64,000 nucleotides of DNA from contig NW_027590120.1 of assembly GCF_964213995.1 (NCBI RefSeq), forward strand, positions 1,178,001 through 1,242,000. Direction: 5' to 3'. Below the pieces are notes generated by a model. The model saw only the letters and a program-made list of their open reading frames with translations, did no database searches and was not told the DNA's origin. A program made the translations under genes and the position numbers. Shown here in pieces: positions 47,716 to 59,785 of the stretch; position 1 is the first letter of the stretch; each line of letters opens with the position of its first letter. The stretch comes from Mustelus asterias. Taxonomy: Eukaryota.

Positions 47716-50700
47716 AGAACATAGAAAACCTACAGCACAAACAGGTCCTTCGGTCGACAAGTTGCGCCGAACAATTTCCTTCCCTTCTCGGCGCATCTAT
47801 AACCCTCTATCTTACCAACCTCCATGAACCTATGCAAAAGTCTCTTAAAAGACTCTATCCAATCCGCTTCCACCACCACTACCGGCAGCCGATTCTACGC
47901 ACCCACCACCCTCTGAGTGAAAAAGTTACCCCTAACATCTCCTCTATACCTACTCCCCAGCAGCCTAAACCTGTGGCCTCTCGTGACAACCATTTCAGCC
48001 CTGGGTAAAAGCCTCTGAGAATCCACTCTATCAATACGTCTCAACATCTTATACACATCTAACAGGTCACCTCTCATCCTTCACCTCTCCAAGGAGAATA
48101 GACCTAGCTCTCTCAACCTATCCTGATAAGGCATACCACTTCATCCTGGCAACATCCTCGTAATTCTCCTCTGCTCCCGTTCTATGGCTTCCACATCCTT
48201 TCTGTAATGAGGCGACCAGAACTGGGCACAGTACTCCAGGTGAGGTCTGACCAGGGTCCTATACCGCTGCAGCATTATCTCCCGATTTCTAAACTCAATT
48301 CCTCTATTGATGAATGCCAGTATGTCATACCTTCTTAACCACAGCCTTTACCTGCTACGCCGCTTTGAGCGTCCTATGAACCCGGACCCCAAGATCCCTC
48401 TGTTCTTCCACACTGCCAAGCGTCTTACCCTTAATATCCTATTCTTCCATCCTAGTCGACCTGCCAAAATGAACCACCACACACTTATCTGTGTTGAAGT
48501 CCATCTGCCACTTCTCCGCCCAGTCATGCATCTTATCAATGTCTCATTGCAACTGCTGACATCCCTCTACACTATCCACAACACGTCCAACCTTTGTGTC
48601 ATCAGCAAACTTGCCAACCCATCCTTCCACTTCCTCATCCCGGTCATTTATAAAAATCACAAAGAGCAAGGCTCCCACTGGTGACCGACCTCCACTCTGA
48701 AAAAGACCCATCTACAACCACTCTTTGCCTTCTGTGGGCAAGCCAGTTCTGAATCCACAAAGCAACGTCCCCTTGTATCCCATGCCCCTTCACTTTCTCC
48801 ATAAGCCTTGCATGGGGCACCTTATCAAACACCTTACTGAAATCCATATGAACCACATCTACCGCTCTCCCCTCGTCTACGTGTCTAGTCACACCTTCAA
48901 AAAACTCAATCAGGCTCGTAAGGCATGATCTGCCTCGGACAAAGCCGTGCTGGCTACTTCTGATCATACTATTCCTTTCCAAATGTTCACAAATCCTGCC
49001 TCTCAGGATCTTCTCCATCAACTTACCTACCACTGAGGTTAGACTCACTGGTCTATAATTTCCTGGGCTATTCTTCTCCCTGTCTTGAATAAGGGAACTA
49101 CATCCGCCATCCTCCAATCCTCTGGAACCTCTCCCGTCTCCATTGACAACGCAAAGATTATCGCCAGAGGATCAGCAATCTCTTCCCTCGCCTCCCACAG
49201 TAACCTGGGATACATCCCATCCGGTCCCGGCGATTTATCTAACGTGATGCTTTTCAACAGCTCCAACACATCTTCTTTCCTAATGCCCACATGCTCAATC
49301 TCCTCAGTCCACTGCAAGTCTGCACTGCAACTACCAAGATCCTTTTCCACTGTGAATACTGAAACAAAGTATTCATTGAGTACCTCTGCTATTTCAACCG
49401 GTTCAATGCAGACTTTCCCACCGTCACATTAGATAGGTCCTACTCCTTCACATCTTATCCTCTTGCTGTTCACATACTTGTAGAATGCCTTGGGGTTTTC
49501 CTTTATCCTGTCTGCCAAGGCCTTCTCATGTCCCCTCCTGGCTCTTCTAATTTCCCTCTTTAGTTCCTTCTTACTAGTCGTATACTCTTCTAGATTTCTA
49601 ACATTACCCAGCTCCCTCAACGTTTTGTCGGCTTTTCTTTTCTTCCTGACTAAATCCGTTACAGCTTCCGTGCACCACGGTTCCTGTAACCTACCATAAC
49701 TCCCCTGTTGCACCGGAACATTGCTGTGCAGAGCTCCAGACAAATTTTCCTTGAACATTTGCCACATTTCGCCAGAGGATCAGCAATCTCTTCCCTCGCC
49801 TCCCACAGTAACCTGGGATACATCCCATCCGGTCCCGGCGATTTATCTAACGTGATGCTTTTCAACAGCTCCAACACGGAGAAAACCTCCTTCCAATTTA
49901 TGCCTCTAATTTCCCGCCTAATAGCATCATAGTTGTCCTTACTCCAGATAAACACTTTCCTAGCTCCGTTGATCCTATCGCTCTCCAATGGTAGTGTAAA
50001 GGAGATAGAGTTTTGATCACTATCTCCAAAATGCTCTCCCACTGATAGATCTGACAACTGCCCAGGTTCATTCCCTAATATCAAATCAAGCACAGCCTCT
50101 CCTCTTGTAGGGTTATCCACATATTGCGTCAGGAAGCTCTCCTGAGCACACTGAACAAACTCCTTTCCATCTAAACCCCTTACCCTAGGGATATTCCAAT
50201 CGATATTTGGGAAATTAAAATCTCCCATCACGACCACTCTGTTATTATCACATCTCTCCAGAATCTGCTTCCCAATCTGCTCGTGCACATCTCTGCTACT
50301 ATTGGGCGGCCTATAGAAAACACCCAGTAAAGTTACCGACCCCTTCCTGTTCCTAACCTCCACCCACAGAGATTCCGTAGACATTCCTTCCGTGGCATCC
50401 ATCTTTTCTACAGCTGTGACACTATCCCTGATCAACAGTGCCACTCCCCCACCTCTTTTGCCTCCTTCTCTGTCCCTCCTGAAACATCTGAAACCCGGCA
50501 CCTGAAGTACCCAGTCCTGACCCTGAGATAACCAAGTCTCTGTAATGGCCACCACATCACAGTTCCAAGCAGCGATCCACGCCCTAAGCTCATCCATTTT
50601 GTTCACTATGCTCCTTGCGTTAAAGTAAACACACCTCAACCCTTCGGCCTGAGAGCTCCCCTTCCCCTTCACATGCCGATCCTCCCTCTCACAATGCTGA

Positions 50701-50810
50701 CCAGCCCCTCTTACTTTTACTCTAACCTCCTCTCTCCGAGTCACCACATTTTGATTCCCACCCCCCAACCATTTGAGTTTAAACCGTCCCCAGTAACCTT
50801 AACAAACCTT
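47713..50810 (-). mobile_element. CR1 LINE ORF2 (APE plus RT), disrupted
   Basis: ORF fragments 47895-50768 with APE and RT motifs, and a tail at about 47713-47730. Confidence 0.93.
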
Positions 50811-51212
50811 CCCTTTTTAACCAGAGGGTGGTGGGAATCGGGAACCCACTGGCTGAAAGTATGGCAGGGGAAAGAACCCTCACATTTAAGAAGCATTTAG
50901 CACTTGAACCGTCATATCATGAAAGGAAGCGAACCAACTGTTGCAAAATGGGATTTGATTCGATAGGTGTTTTATAGCCGAAGGGCCTCTTTCAATGCTG
51001 GAAATCTCCAACACTACATTATCTCTTCCAGGAAGTTAGCAAATGTGATAACTCAGCATTCATTCAGAGCAACAACCGGGGCTGTGAGCACTGTATTATG
51101 AGCCTTACATCTCTCAAGTCCTGTATCTGAAGCCCAATAGTGTCTGATTCCAGAGAGACGGAGTACACATTGATCTAAGTTGATGAAAGCCAAGCACGTG
51201 CTGATGTGTATT

Positions 51213-53394
51213 TTAGCCAGTGAGCGTGGTGAAGGGGCATAGCAGAACCTTCTTCAGGTCCTCTCGGAACTTGGTCTGGGCGACTGCATAGATGAAGACG
51301 TTGTTGCAGGAACTGACTAGCTGGAGCATGTTTGCTGCTTCCTGAAAGACGTACCGTGGGTCTTTGAAATCCAGGCTGGTGCGGTAGCCCTCACCTGTAA
51401 TCCGCACATAGAGGAAGTGTGCGATATAGGTGACCCAGAGGAGGAGGAAGCTGAGGGCGATGGCGAAGAGTAGGATGATGGACCTCTTGCGGTTTGCCAT
51501 CTCTGGGTCCCTGTGACTCTCAGTGCCCCGGAGTCTCCTGCGGGCTCTGCTGGCCGCTAAGATGTGTTTTACGGTTAGAGCGTTAAGAAGCAGGATGAGG
51601 AGGAACGGGAGAAACGGAGTTAAGATGTAGTCCAGCCAGTCATAGGCCTGCCAGGCGGGCAGCGTGTAATAGCTGGACTTAAAAGCACAGAACCAGGGCA
51701 CCCCGTCCAGGGTGTACAAGGGCTGGTAAGTGAAGTAGAAAGGGACATTCCTGACACAGCTCAAGGCACAGACTATTCCTATAACCAGCAATGCTGCTTT
51801 CTCGGTGCAGTATCTGGTCTTCAGGCTCTGGCAGCAGATGGCCACAAAACGGTCGATGGTGAAAGCCACTGTCAACCAGACGGACATATCCCGCGCAAAA
51901 TAGACCAGCAGATTGCTGAGTGTGCATGCGGGGGTGGTAGACAGGACGCTGTTCTGAAAGTAGATCCGCCCAATCCGGTTGAGGATTATGGTGGTGATGA
52001 TGACAAGGAAATCAGTCAGTGCTATCGCGATCAGGTAGTAGGTGATGCAGCGTGACAGTCCGCACCGTCCTCGGGATAAGATTACGATCGTCACCAAGTT
52101 GGCTGTGAGATAGAAAGAGACAGAGAGAGGTGTTACAGAGAGGGCTCTAAACACCATCTGCTGCGCCATCCAATCGGTTACTGAAAACATCCTCATCCTT
52201 CACTTTGCCAACTCCAGACTCCAGTGATTGCAAAGTCTTTGGCAATGGTCCGACATTCAAAACTGGATTAAAGTTATTTTAAATCAGGAGACATTGCAAT
52301 CAGTCCAAATTGTTACTCTGCCCTCTGGTCACTGAGTTGATCCCCTCAGATAACTATCAAATTTCAGATTCTCCGTAAATGTGCTGTCGTTGTTCTTATT
52401 CGTACCAATCCCATCCATCCATCAGCCCTATCGGCTGCCATTCAGGCAGCGTCTCTGTTTTTATAATCTCGTCCTTCGAATTATAAATCCCTCCATAATC
52501 TTGCCTTTCCAGATTTTGATAACATGCTACAACTATCTGAGATCACACCATATCTCCGAGTGTGGACTTCCATGACCCTGATTTGATCTTTTCAGTTTGC
52601 CTTTATGTGCCGAGACCCTAATCTCTGGAACTCCTTCTTTCAAAGACTAATCTTTCCCTTTGTGCTTCAGGACGATCCTTAGAAAATAAATTATTTGAAC
52701 AATTCTAAGTCATTTTGTCGGTCAGTATAAAGTTGATTTGTTAAAGTCTTGTGAAGCATCCCCATTCTACTTATCCGAGCGTCTGAAGAAACAAACGCTA
52801 CATCGCCTTCTCAAATGAAAGCTAGATATGGACAAGACATATTCGCCTTGCCATATCTACATGCATACAGCTAGTGATTAAAAATATAATTATCCGAAAT
52901 TTACCACACTGACTAACACAAGACAAAATGCATAATGCATAACCCCCACACCTTTTTCAAACGTTTCAATAATTCAATCTTAAAACCTCAGTAACGATGT
53001 GGGCAGCCCAGTGCCGCCTCACTACAAATCAACCATTACTAACTGCTGGAGGTCACAGCTTAGGTTCATGTAAGCACTGAATGAATGTTCTATGTCAATG
53101 CATCTAATTGAATTATTAGATTGCGATAGCTCATTTTCTGAGACTGTGCATACCAGTGGATGAAATATAGGTCACTTTATAGACTTTATCGTGCAAAACA
53201 CTGAAAACACGAGATCGCATTTTACTACATTCGAATAAAACCGAATTTTCAACAATAAAAGGTTAATGATAATGCAACGCCATACATTTCAAGTCATGAG
53301 AATTATTTGGGATCTTTCACCTACCAGGAACACCAATGGCAGCGAGAATGGGATAAAAAATGGCGAAGAAGAGACCTTTCGCTGGTCCATGCAT
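51213..53394 (-). CDS. Class A GPCR, GPR139/GPR142-like (GPCR-2); exon 1 53394-53325, exon 2 52102-51213; 319 aa
   Basis: Exon 1 MHGPAKGLFFAIFYPILAAIGVP-G|GTAGGT and acceptor tctcacAG|CC AAC give GVPANLVTIVIL. Motifs [30 protein letters not shown] and SCNNVFIY are present. No stops. Confidence 0.88.
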
Positions 53395-54529
53395 CCTGTC
53401 CCAGAAAGTGAAATGAAGCTTAAACCTGAGCTCTGCGGTGGTTTCATAGCGTCTCACATTTATTCTGAGTGAGCGTCTCCAGAGGAATAATTAAGTTAGA
53501 GCCTGCACCTTAGTTACAGAACGGTGAACAAACAGATTCGCTCACTGTTGGGTACCTCCACATTGCACCATTGGCAAGGGGGATGATTCCATTATATACT
53601 GAGCCAAACTCTGCTTGCTCATTCCATGGTTACATCCACCTCCCGCAAACCATGCCTTTGTGTCTACATCAAGAACAGCAGGTGAGGGGAGATATTGATC
53701 TGGGCTCTAATCTCAAATTCAAAGACCGTCTCTTCCGATTTCTGCCAGGCGCCCAATTACTTCTTGCTCACAGATATCAGATTAGTTCGGCACGTATTTC
53801 CTTCTGAGAGTTTTGGAAACAGAAAATAGAAGCATGAGTAAGCCATTCAGCATTTTGAGTCTACTCCGCCCTTCATTTTGATCATGAGTGATCATCAAAA
53901 TACTTTCCTACTCCCTAATTCTTTTTATTAGATGTACATCTGAAATATCTGAAGTCACTATGACCGTTTTGCTCTCACACTCACCGAACACAGGATGGAT
54001 TTCACAGAAATGACAAATGATAACTGAGGTTAATATGCTATAACAAGTGATACAATGAACCCGTTTTCCCATCTACAAACAGCAAGCGAAACAATTTTCA
54101 CGCACGGAATTCATCGTTTTATTGTTTTGGGTGAAATAATTGCCATCCTGCATTGTATTTATTTGATTTTCCCACAGAAAACTCGGTCATCTGAAGTTTT
54201 GTTATAGAGAAGATTTGTAAATCATATTTGGAGGAGTAAGCTTGATGAAAGTTAATTAAGCTAACTCATTTTAACGGTAAGTGGTCACAGCTTGCAGCAA
54301 CTTTATGAATTGGATCTGTTTTTGATTATAACTTGAACATCAATTCCAGCATGCTTGACTCTGACTGTCACAATTGCTGTTGAAGCTAATATTGCCGTTA
54401 TTGTTGCTGAAATCATTGTTGTCGGCGCCTCTCTGGCCACAACTCGCACAACAAATTCCAACAACAACAATCTATCTGATATTTTCAGTGATGCTGCTTG
54501 AGAGCTAATGACAGGCCCAGGACAGATGG

Positions 54530-56935
54530 AAGGAATAAGTTGAGAAGGAAATATTTAATTAATGGCATGACACCAGGAAGTTCAGTGGAACAAAGGGACC
54601 TTGGCGTGGTTCTGCACAGATCTCTGACGACGAAAGGACATGTTAGTAGGGTGCTGAAAGAGGCAAATGGGACAATTGCCTTTATCAATCGAGGCATAGA
54701 TTAAAAAAGGAGAGATGTCATGTGGAAGTTGTGTCGAGTTGGTTAGTGCCGAAGCTAGAGTATTGTGTGCAGTTCTGGGTGCCACATTATCGGAAGGATA
54801 TGATTGCACTGGACGGGATGCAGAGGAGTTTCACCAGGATGCTGCCTGGGATGGAACATTGAAGTTATGAAGAGTTTCCGTCGGCTTGTGTTGTTTTCAT
54901 TGGAGCATGGAAGACTGAGGGGCGACCTGATCGAGGTGTACAAGGTTATAAGGGCCATGAACAGAGTGGATAGGGAGCAGCTGTTCCTCGTATTTGAAGG
55001 GTCAGTCAAGAGGCAACACAGATTCCATAAGACCATAAGACCATAAGACATAGGAGCGGAAGTAAGGCCATTCGGCCCATCGAGTCCACTCCACCATTCA
55101 ATCATGGTTGATTTCAACTCCATTTACCCGCTCTCTCCCCATAGCCCTTAATTCCTCGAGAAATCAAGAATTTATCAATTTCTGTCTTGAAGACGCTCAA
55201 CGTCTCGGCCTCCACAGCCCTCTGTGGCAATGAATTCCACAGACCCACCACTCTCTGGCTGAAGAAATTTCTCCTCATCTCTGTTCTAAAGTGACTCCCT
55301 TTTATTCTAAGGCTGTGCCCCCGCGTCCTAGTCTCCCCTGTTAATGGAAACAACTTCCCTACGTCCATCCTATCTAAGCCGTTCATTATCTTGTAAGTTT
55401 CTATCAGATCTCCCCTCAACCTCCTAAACTCCAATGAATATAATCCCACGATCCTCAGACGTTCATCGTATGTCAGGCCTACCATTCCTGGGATCATCCG
55501 TGTGAATCTCCGCTGGACCCGCTCCAGTGCCAGTATGTCCTTCCTGAGGTGTGGGGCCCAAAATTGCTCACAGTACTCCAAATGGGGCCTAACCAGTGCT
55601 TTATAAAGCCTCAGAAGTACATCCCTGCTTTTGTATTCCAAGCCTCTTGAGATAAATGACAACATTACATTTGCTTTCTTAATTACGGACTCAACCTGCA
55701 AGTTTACCTTTAGAGAATCCTGGACTAGGACTCCCAAGTCCCTTTGCACTTTAGCATTATGAATTTTGTCACCGTTTAGAAAATAGTCCATGCCTCTATT
55801 CTTTTTTCCAAAGTGTACGACCTCGCACTTGCCCACGTTGAATTTCATCAGCCACTTCTTGGACCACTCTCCTAAACTGTCTAAATCTTTCTGCAGCCTC
55901 CCCACCTCCTCAATACTACCTGCCCCTCCACCTATCTTTGTATCATCGGCAAACTTGGCCAGAATGCTCCCAGTCCCGTCATCTAGATCGTTAATATATA
56001 AAGAGAACAGCTGTGGCCCCAACACTGAACCCTGCGGGACACCACTTGTCACCGGTTGCCATTCTGAGAAAGAACCTTTTATCCCAACTCTCTGCCTTCT
56101 GTCTGACAGCCAATCGTCAATCCATGTTAGTACCTTGCCTCGAATACCATGGGCCCTTATTTTACTCAGCAGTCTCCCGTGAGGCACCTTGTCAAAGGCC
56201 TTTTGGAAGTCAAGATAGATAACATCCATTGGCTCTCCTTGGTCTAACCTATTTGTTATCTCTTCAAAGAACTCTAACAGGTTTGTCAGGCACGACCTCC
56301 CCTTACTAAATCCATGCTGACTTGTCTTAATCCGACCCTGCACTTCCAAGAATTTAGAAATCTCATCCTTAACGATGGATTCTAGAATTTTGCCAACAAC
56401 TGAGGTTAGGCTAATTGGCCTATAATTTTCCATCTTTTTTCTTGTTCCCTTCTTGAACAGTGGGGTTACAACAGCGATTTTCCAATCCTCTGGGACTTTC
56501 CCTGACTCCAGTGACTTTTGAAAGATCATAACTAACGCCTCCACTATTTCTTCAGCTATCTCCTTTAGAACTCTAGGATGTAGCCCATCTGGGCCCGGAG
56601 ATTTATCAATTTTCAGACCTTTTAGTTTCTCTAGCACTTTCTCCTTTGTGATGGCAACCATATTCAAGCTGAGGGGGCGAAGGTTTAGGAGGGATGTGAG
56701 AATTTCTTTTTGAACTGGAGGGAGTTGGCAGTCTGGAATGCGTTGCCTGGGAGGGTGGTGGAGGCGAGTTGCCTCACATCCTTTAAAAATTACCTGGATG
56801 AACATTTCGCACATCATAACATTCAAACTTATGGGCCAATTGCTGGTAAGGGGAACGTCAAGTGTTTCTAGCGTGTCAGTACAGACTCGATGGACCGAAG
56901 GGCCTTTCCTGCACTGTATGGTTCTATGATTCTAT
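54530..56935 (+). mobile_element. Old CR1 3' fragment (54530-55025 and 56662-56935) split by a younger CR1
   Basis: HRF|KLRG junction is interrupted. ATTC is duplicated at 55022-55025 and 56662-56665. Confidence 0.8.
55026..56661 (-). mobile_element. Young 5'-truncated CR1 LINE with open RT frame
   Basis: ORF 55114-56826 (its first roughly 55 aa come from the flanking host element read antisense) and a (CATAAGAC)n tail. Confidence 0.95.
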
Positions 56936-57226
56936 GAAATCCGCAATGATTTTCTAAAATAGTAGTCAAGGATATTTTACATAAATGAAGTGTGTGTCCC
57001 TAAGATTAATGTCCGATGCGAAATATGACAACCATTGCTGTCCAGCACGCCCTCGGTGCTGCCACTCGGCAACAGCCTGGATTACAGGCTGAAGTCTCAG
57101 GAGTGAGCCTTGACCCTGAAACTTTGCAACTCAGAAGCAGGACTAACAGATTCTGAACAGGACAGTCACTTACAGAGCAACGAAGGTTCCTGTGATCTTG
57201 AGAGAACGCCTGTTCGTCAGCCCTGA

Positions 57227-57674
57227 GGTTTTTGTTCAGAGACAGATAAGTTTTGAACCACTGCGATCTTCAACCCACCGAAATAGAAGGCCATGTCCTG
57301 GATTCCTGTTCGAATGATCTTTAAGGGAAATCTCTTTTCTGTCTTAGTCTGACCAGCCTCGAATCTTCCTCTGGTAAAAACTGTGATTGTTCTTCGACTG
57401 TTATCCCGAAGTAAACTAAAACTCAGAAAGTAGTTTGTGTGCTGTCTGTGCCAATACAGATCAGGATTAAAGAGATTTGTTTTATAAGTACAATCTGTAA
57501 TCACACTGTCTCCTTCAGTCACGTAGAGTTCTGTCTTGGATTGTGATACCGAATCTGCGCGAATCCTCCCTGAAATAAAAATGAACAGTGGGTTGTGATG
57601 GAAGTATGTCATAAGTACATACGGCCATACGTACCGAGTTCAAACCACAATATAATGAGATGACGGGACGACAT
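57227..57674 (-). pseudogene. TCR V pseudogene/ORF (V3); leader 57674-57635, V exon 57569-57266, 23-RSS 57265-57227
   Basis: Leader MSSRHLIILWFEL-G|GT. V exon ADSVSQ..VTEGDSVITDC..LYWHRQ..FPLKI..DMAFYFGG is in frame but the second Cys is Gly. RSS CGCAGTG-23-ACAAAAACC has lost the essential CAC. Confidence 0.88.
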
Positions 57675-57890
57675 GGGATCTATTATGACTCTCCCTAAAA
57701 AAAACCTCTGGAATAGCAGTTCTATTTACTGTTGTAATCTGTTGCAGTAAAGTGAGAAGCGGGTTGACATAGAGATTACAGCGGAGAAGAGCTCGTGCCT
57801 AGTGCAATTCTGCTGCTATCATAATGTTGCGATTGAGGAAACTGGGTTTTCACAGGAGATTGTGTTTTCGGATGTATTTTCCATTTCCTC

Positions 57891-57907
57891 CTGCGCCACC
57901 TGGCCGC
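57891..57907 (-). promoter_or_regulatory. CTCF-like motif about 220 bp upstream of the V3 leader
   Basis: Minus strand GCGGCCAGGTGGCGCAG. Confidence 0.45.
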
Positions 57908-58694
57908 ATCACACAGAGCATCATTCAGTGAACGGAGGAGGAGAGACAGACTCTGTTAGAGCACTGGGATGGTCTGGGTTTGTGTTGGGTAATTCACCCC
58001 TCCCTCCCTGTCTCAGCACTCTTGCTTAAGGAAATTGTGCTGAACACGTTAAAACCGTTTCAAATTAGAAAAAATAGAAAGAGAATTAAACTATGAAAAA
58101 GTTCGGAAGATGAAAAAGGAAATGGAGAAAGAATAAGAACGAATGAGAAGAATTTTAAATTGTGTGCAAATATTAATAGTGGATGAAAGAACAAGTAAAA
58201 AAAAAACACAAGAAAGATAACGGTTGGTGTTTGCGGTTCCGAGCCGTTGTTTCTTGCATTGTTTCACATCTATTCCCTAAAACGGCGAGTGCTCAGTGCA
58301 AGCTCTTGGTTCATACTGAGAAGGTGGTGATGAGCAGCCTTCTTCAACAACAGCAGCCCAGGTACTGAAGGTTCATCGGCAGAGTTAGCTCGGGTGTTAC
58401 AACATTAGACCCCTGGGATACTAAAGGGCCGGCAATGGATGTACAGACCGGAATGTCTTGGATAAGAAAGTGGATGTTGCCCATACACCCGCTGCCCGTC
58501 TGAGTGATTCAGAGCATGGTAATGGAAGGTAAATTCAAAGAGGGCCTGGCGTTTTGCTACAGTTCATCTAATGGGTTTCACACAACACAGCCAGCATTAG
58601 AGATCACCACAGAATATTCAGCCTCTGACGTGCTTCTACAACTACGGGGCTCAGTTCAGCATATTGACGACGGAGAATACATTGTGCATAGTGT

Positions 58695-59022
58695 CTTAGA
58701 ATCCCTACAGTACAGAAAGAGGCCATTCGGCCCATCGAGTCTGCACCGACCACAATCCCACCCAGGCCCTACCCCCATATCCTACCCACTAATCCCTCTA
58801 ACCTACGCATCTCAGGACACTAAGGGGCAATTTTAGCGTGGGCAATCAACCTAACCCACACATCTTTGGACTGTGGGAGGAAACCGGAGCACCCAGAGGA
58901 AACCCACGCAGACACGAGGAGAATGTGCAAACTCCACACAGACAGTGACCCAAGCTGGGAATCGAACCCAGGTCCCTGGAGCTGTGAAGCAGCAGTGCTA
59001 ACCACTGTGCTACCGTGCCGCC
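58695..59022 (-). mobile_element. HE1/V-SINE-type SINE with CR1-like tail
   Basis: Well-preserved head, B-box GGTTCGATTCCC, V-domain and tail. Confidence 0.85.
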
Positions 59023-59556
59023 CGTGTCATTGAACATCAAGGGAAGGTGGCTGTGCTGTTTCGAAATGAGAATAATCAATGTCTTCATCGATACATTTTA
59101 GTGAATTGTTGATTAATGGAATGAGTCGATGGGTCAGGCAAACTAATATTTTATCCAGGACAACAGTTCTGCACATTAATACTGAGTTCCAGTATGTGCA
59201 GCCGATTTTCTCTGATAAATTCGCACTAGAATTATGTTATTTATTGGTCTGGATCATCTCTTTGACATTATTACTTTGAACCATGATCATATTTTAAAAG
59301 ACTACTTATTACTGCATTTGACCACTTGAACCCATTAAACGTTATTTCATGTTGCAGTCATCACTGTGTTTGAATATCCGACGATGTTTCTAAGACTAGA
59401 CTCTTTTTCCATCCAAATAATATCTGCAGCCTCTCTCTGTTTCACTTTTCTTTCCAATAATCCCATAACTGGTGTACAATTTACAGTTTTGGTCTTCCCC
59501 ATGGAAGGGAGCCGATAGAGGATTCAATGAAGACTGAATAAATGTGTCGTGGATAA

Positions 59557-59694
59557 GTGTGTAGTGATTGTAATCCAGCTTGTGGTTTTTCTATTTATTA
59601 ATAGCTGGCACACCATTTGCCAATCTCACGGCAAATGGTGTGCCAGCTATTAATAAATAGAAAAACCACAAGCTGGATTACAATCACTACACAC
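59557..59694. repeat. Perfect inverted repeat, 65-bp arms, 8-nt loop (AATCTCAC)
   Basis: 59557-59621 is the exact reverse complement of 59630-59694. Confidence 0.95.
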
Positions 59695-59785
59695 CACGTG
59701 TGACACCAGGTAGTGAGTTAAGAGCTGGATTTAGATCGGGTGTTTTCAAATATCAAACTGCACTTTTAAAGAGCGGACAGTGGCA

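Noticed and set aside
51213-52196. Single-exon GPCR starting at the ORF-track Met (also 23187 for GPCR-1)
   Set aside because: The upstream residues are intronic polypyrimidine tract. Proper AG acceptors and matching phase-1 first exons exist.
54340-54480. Hydrophobic open stretch (LTLTVTIAVEANIAVIVAEIIVVGASL) as a transmembrane exon
   Set aside because: No recognisable homology or clear splice sites; probably low-complexity sequence.
59627-59667. RSS within the palindrome (CACGGCA ... AGAAAAACC)
   Set aside because: The spacer is 25 nt and the heptamer is poor, fitting neither the 12 nor the 23 rule.
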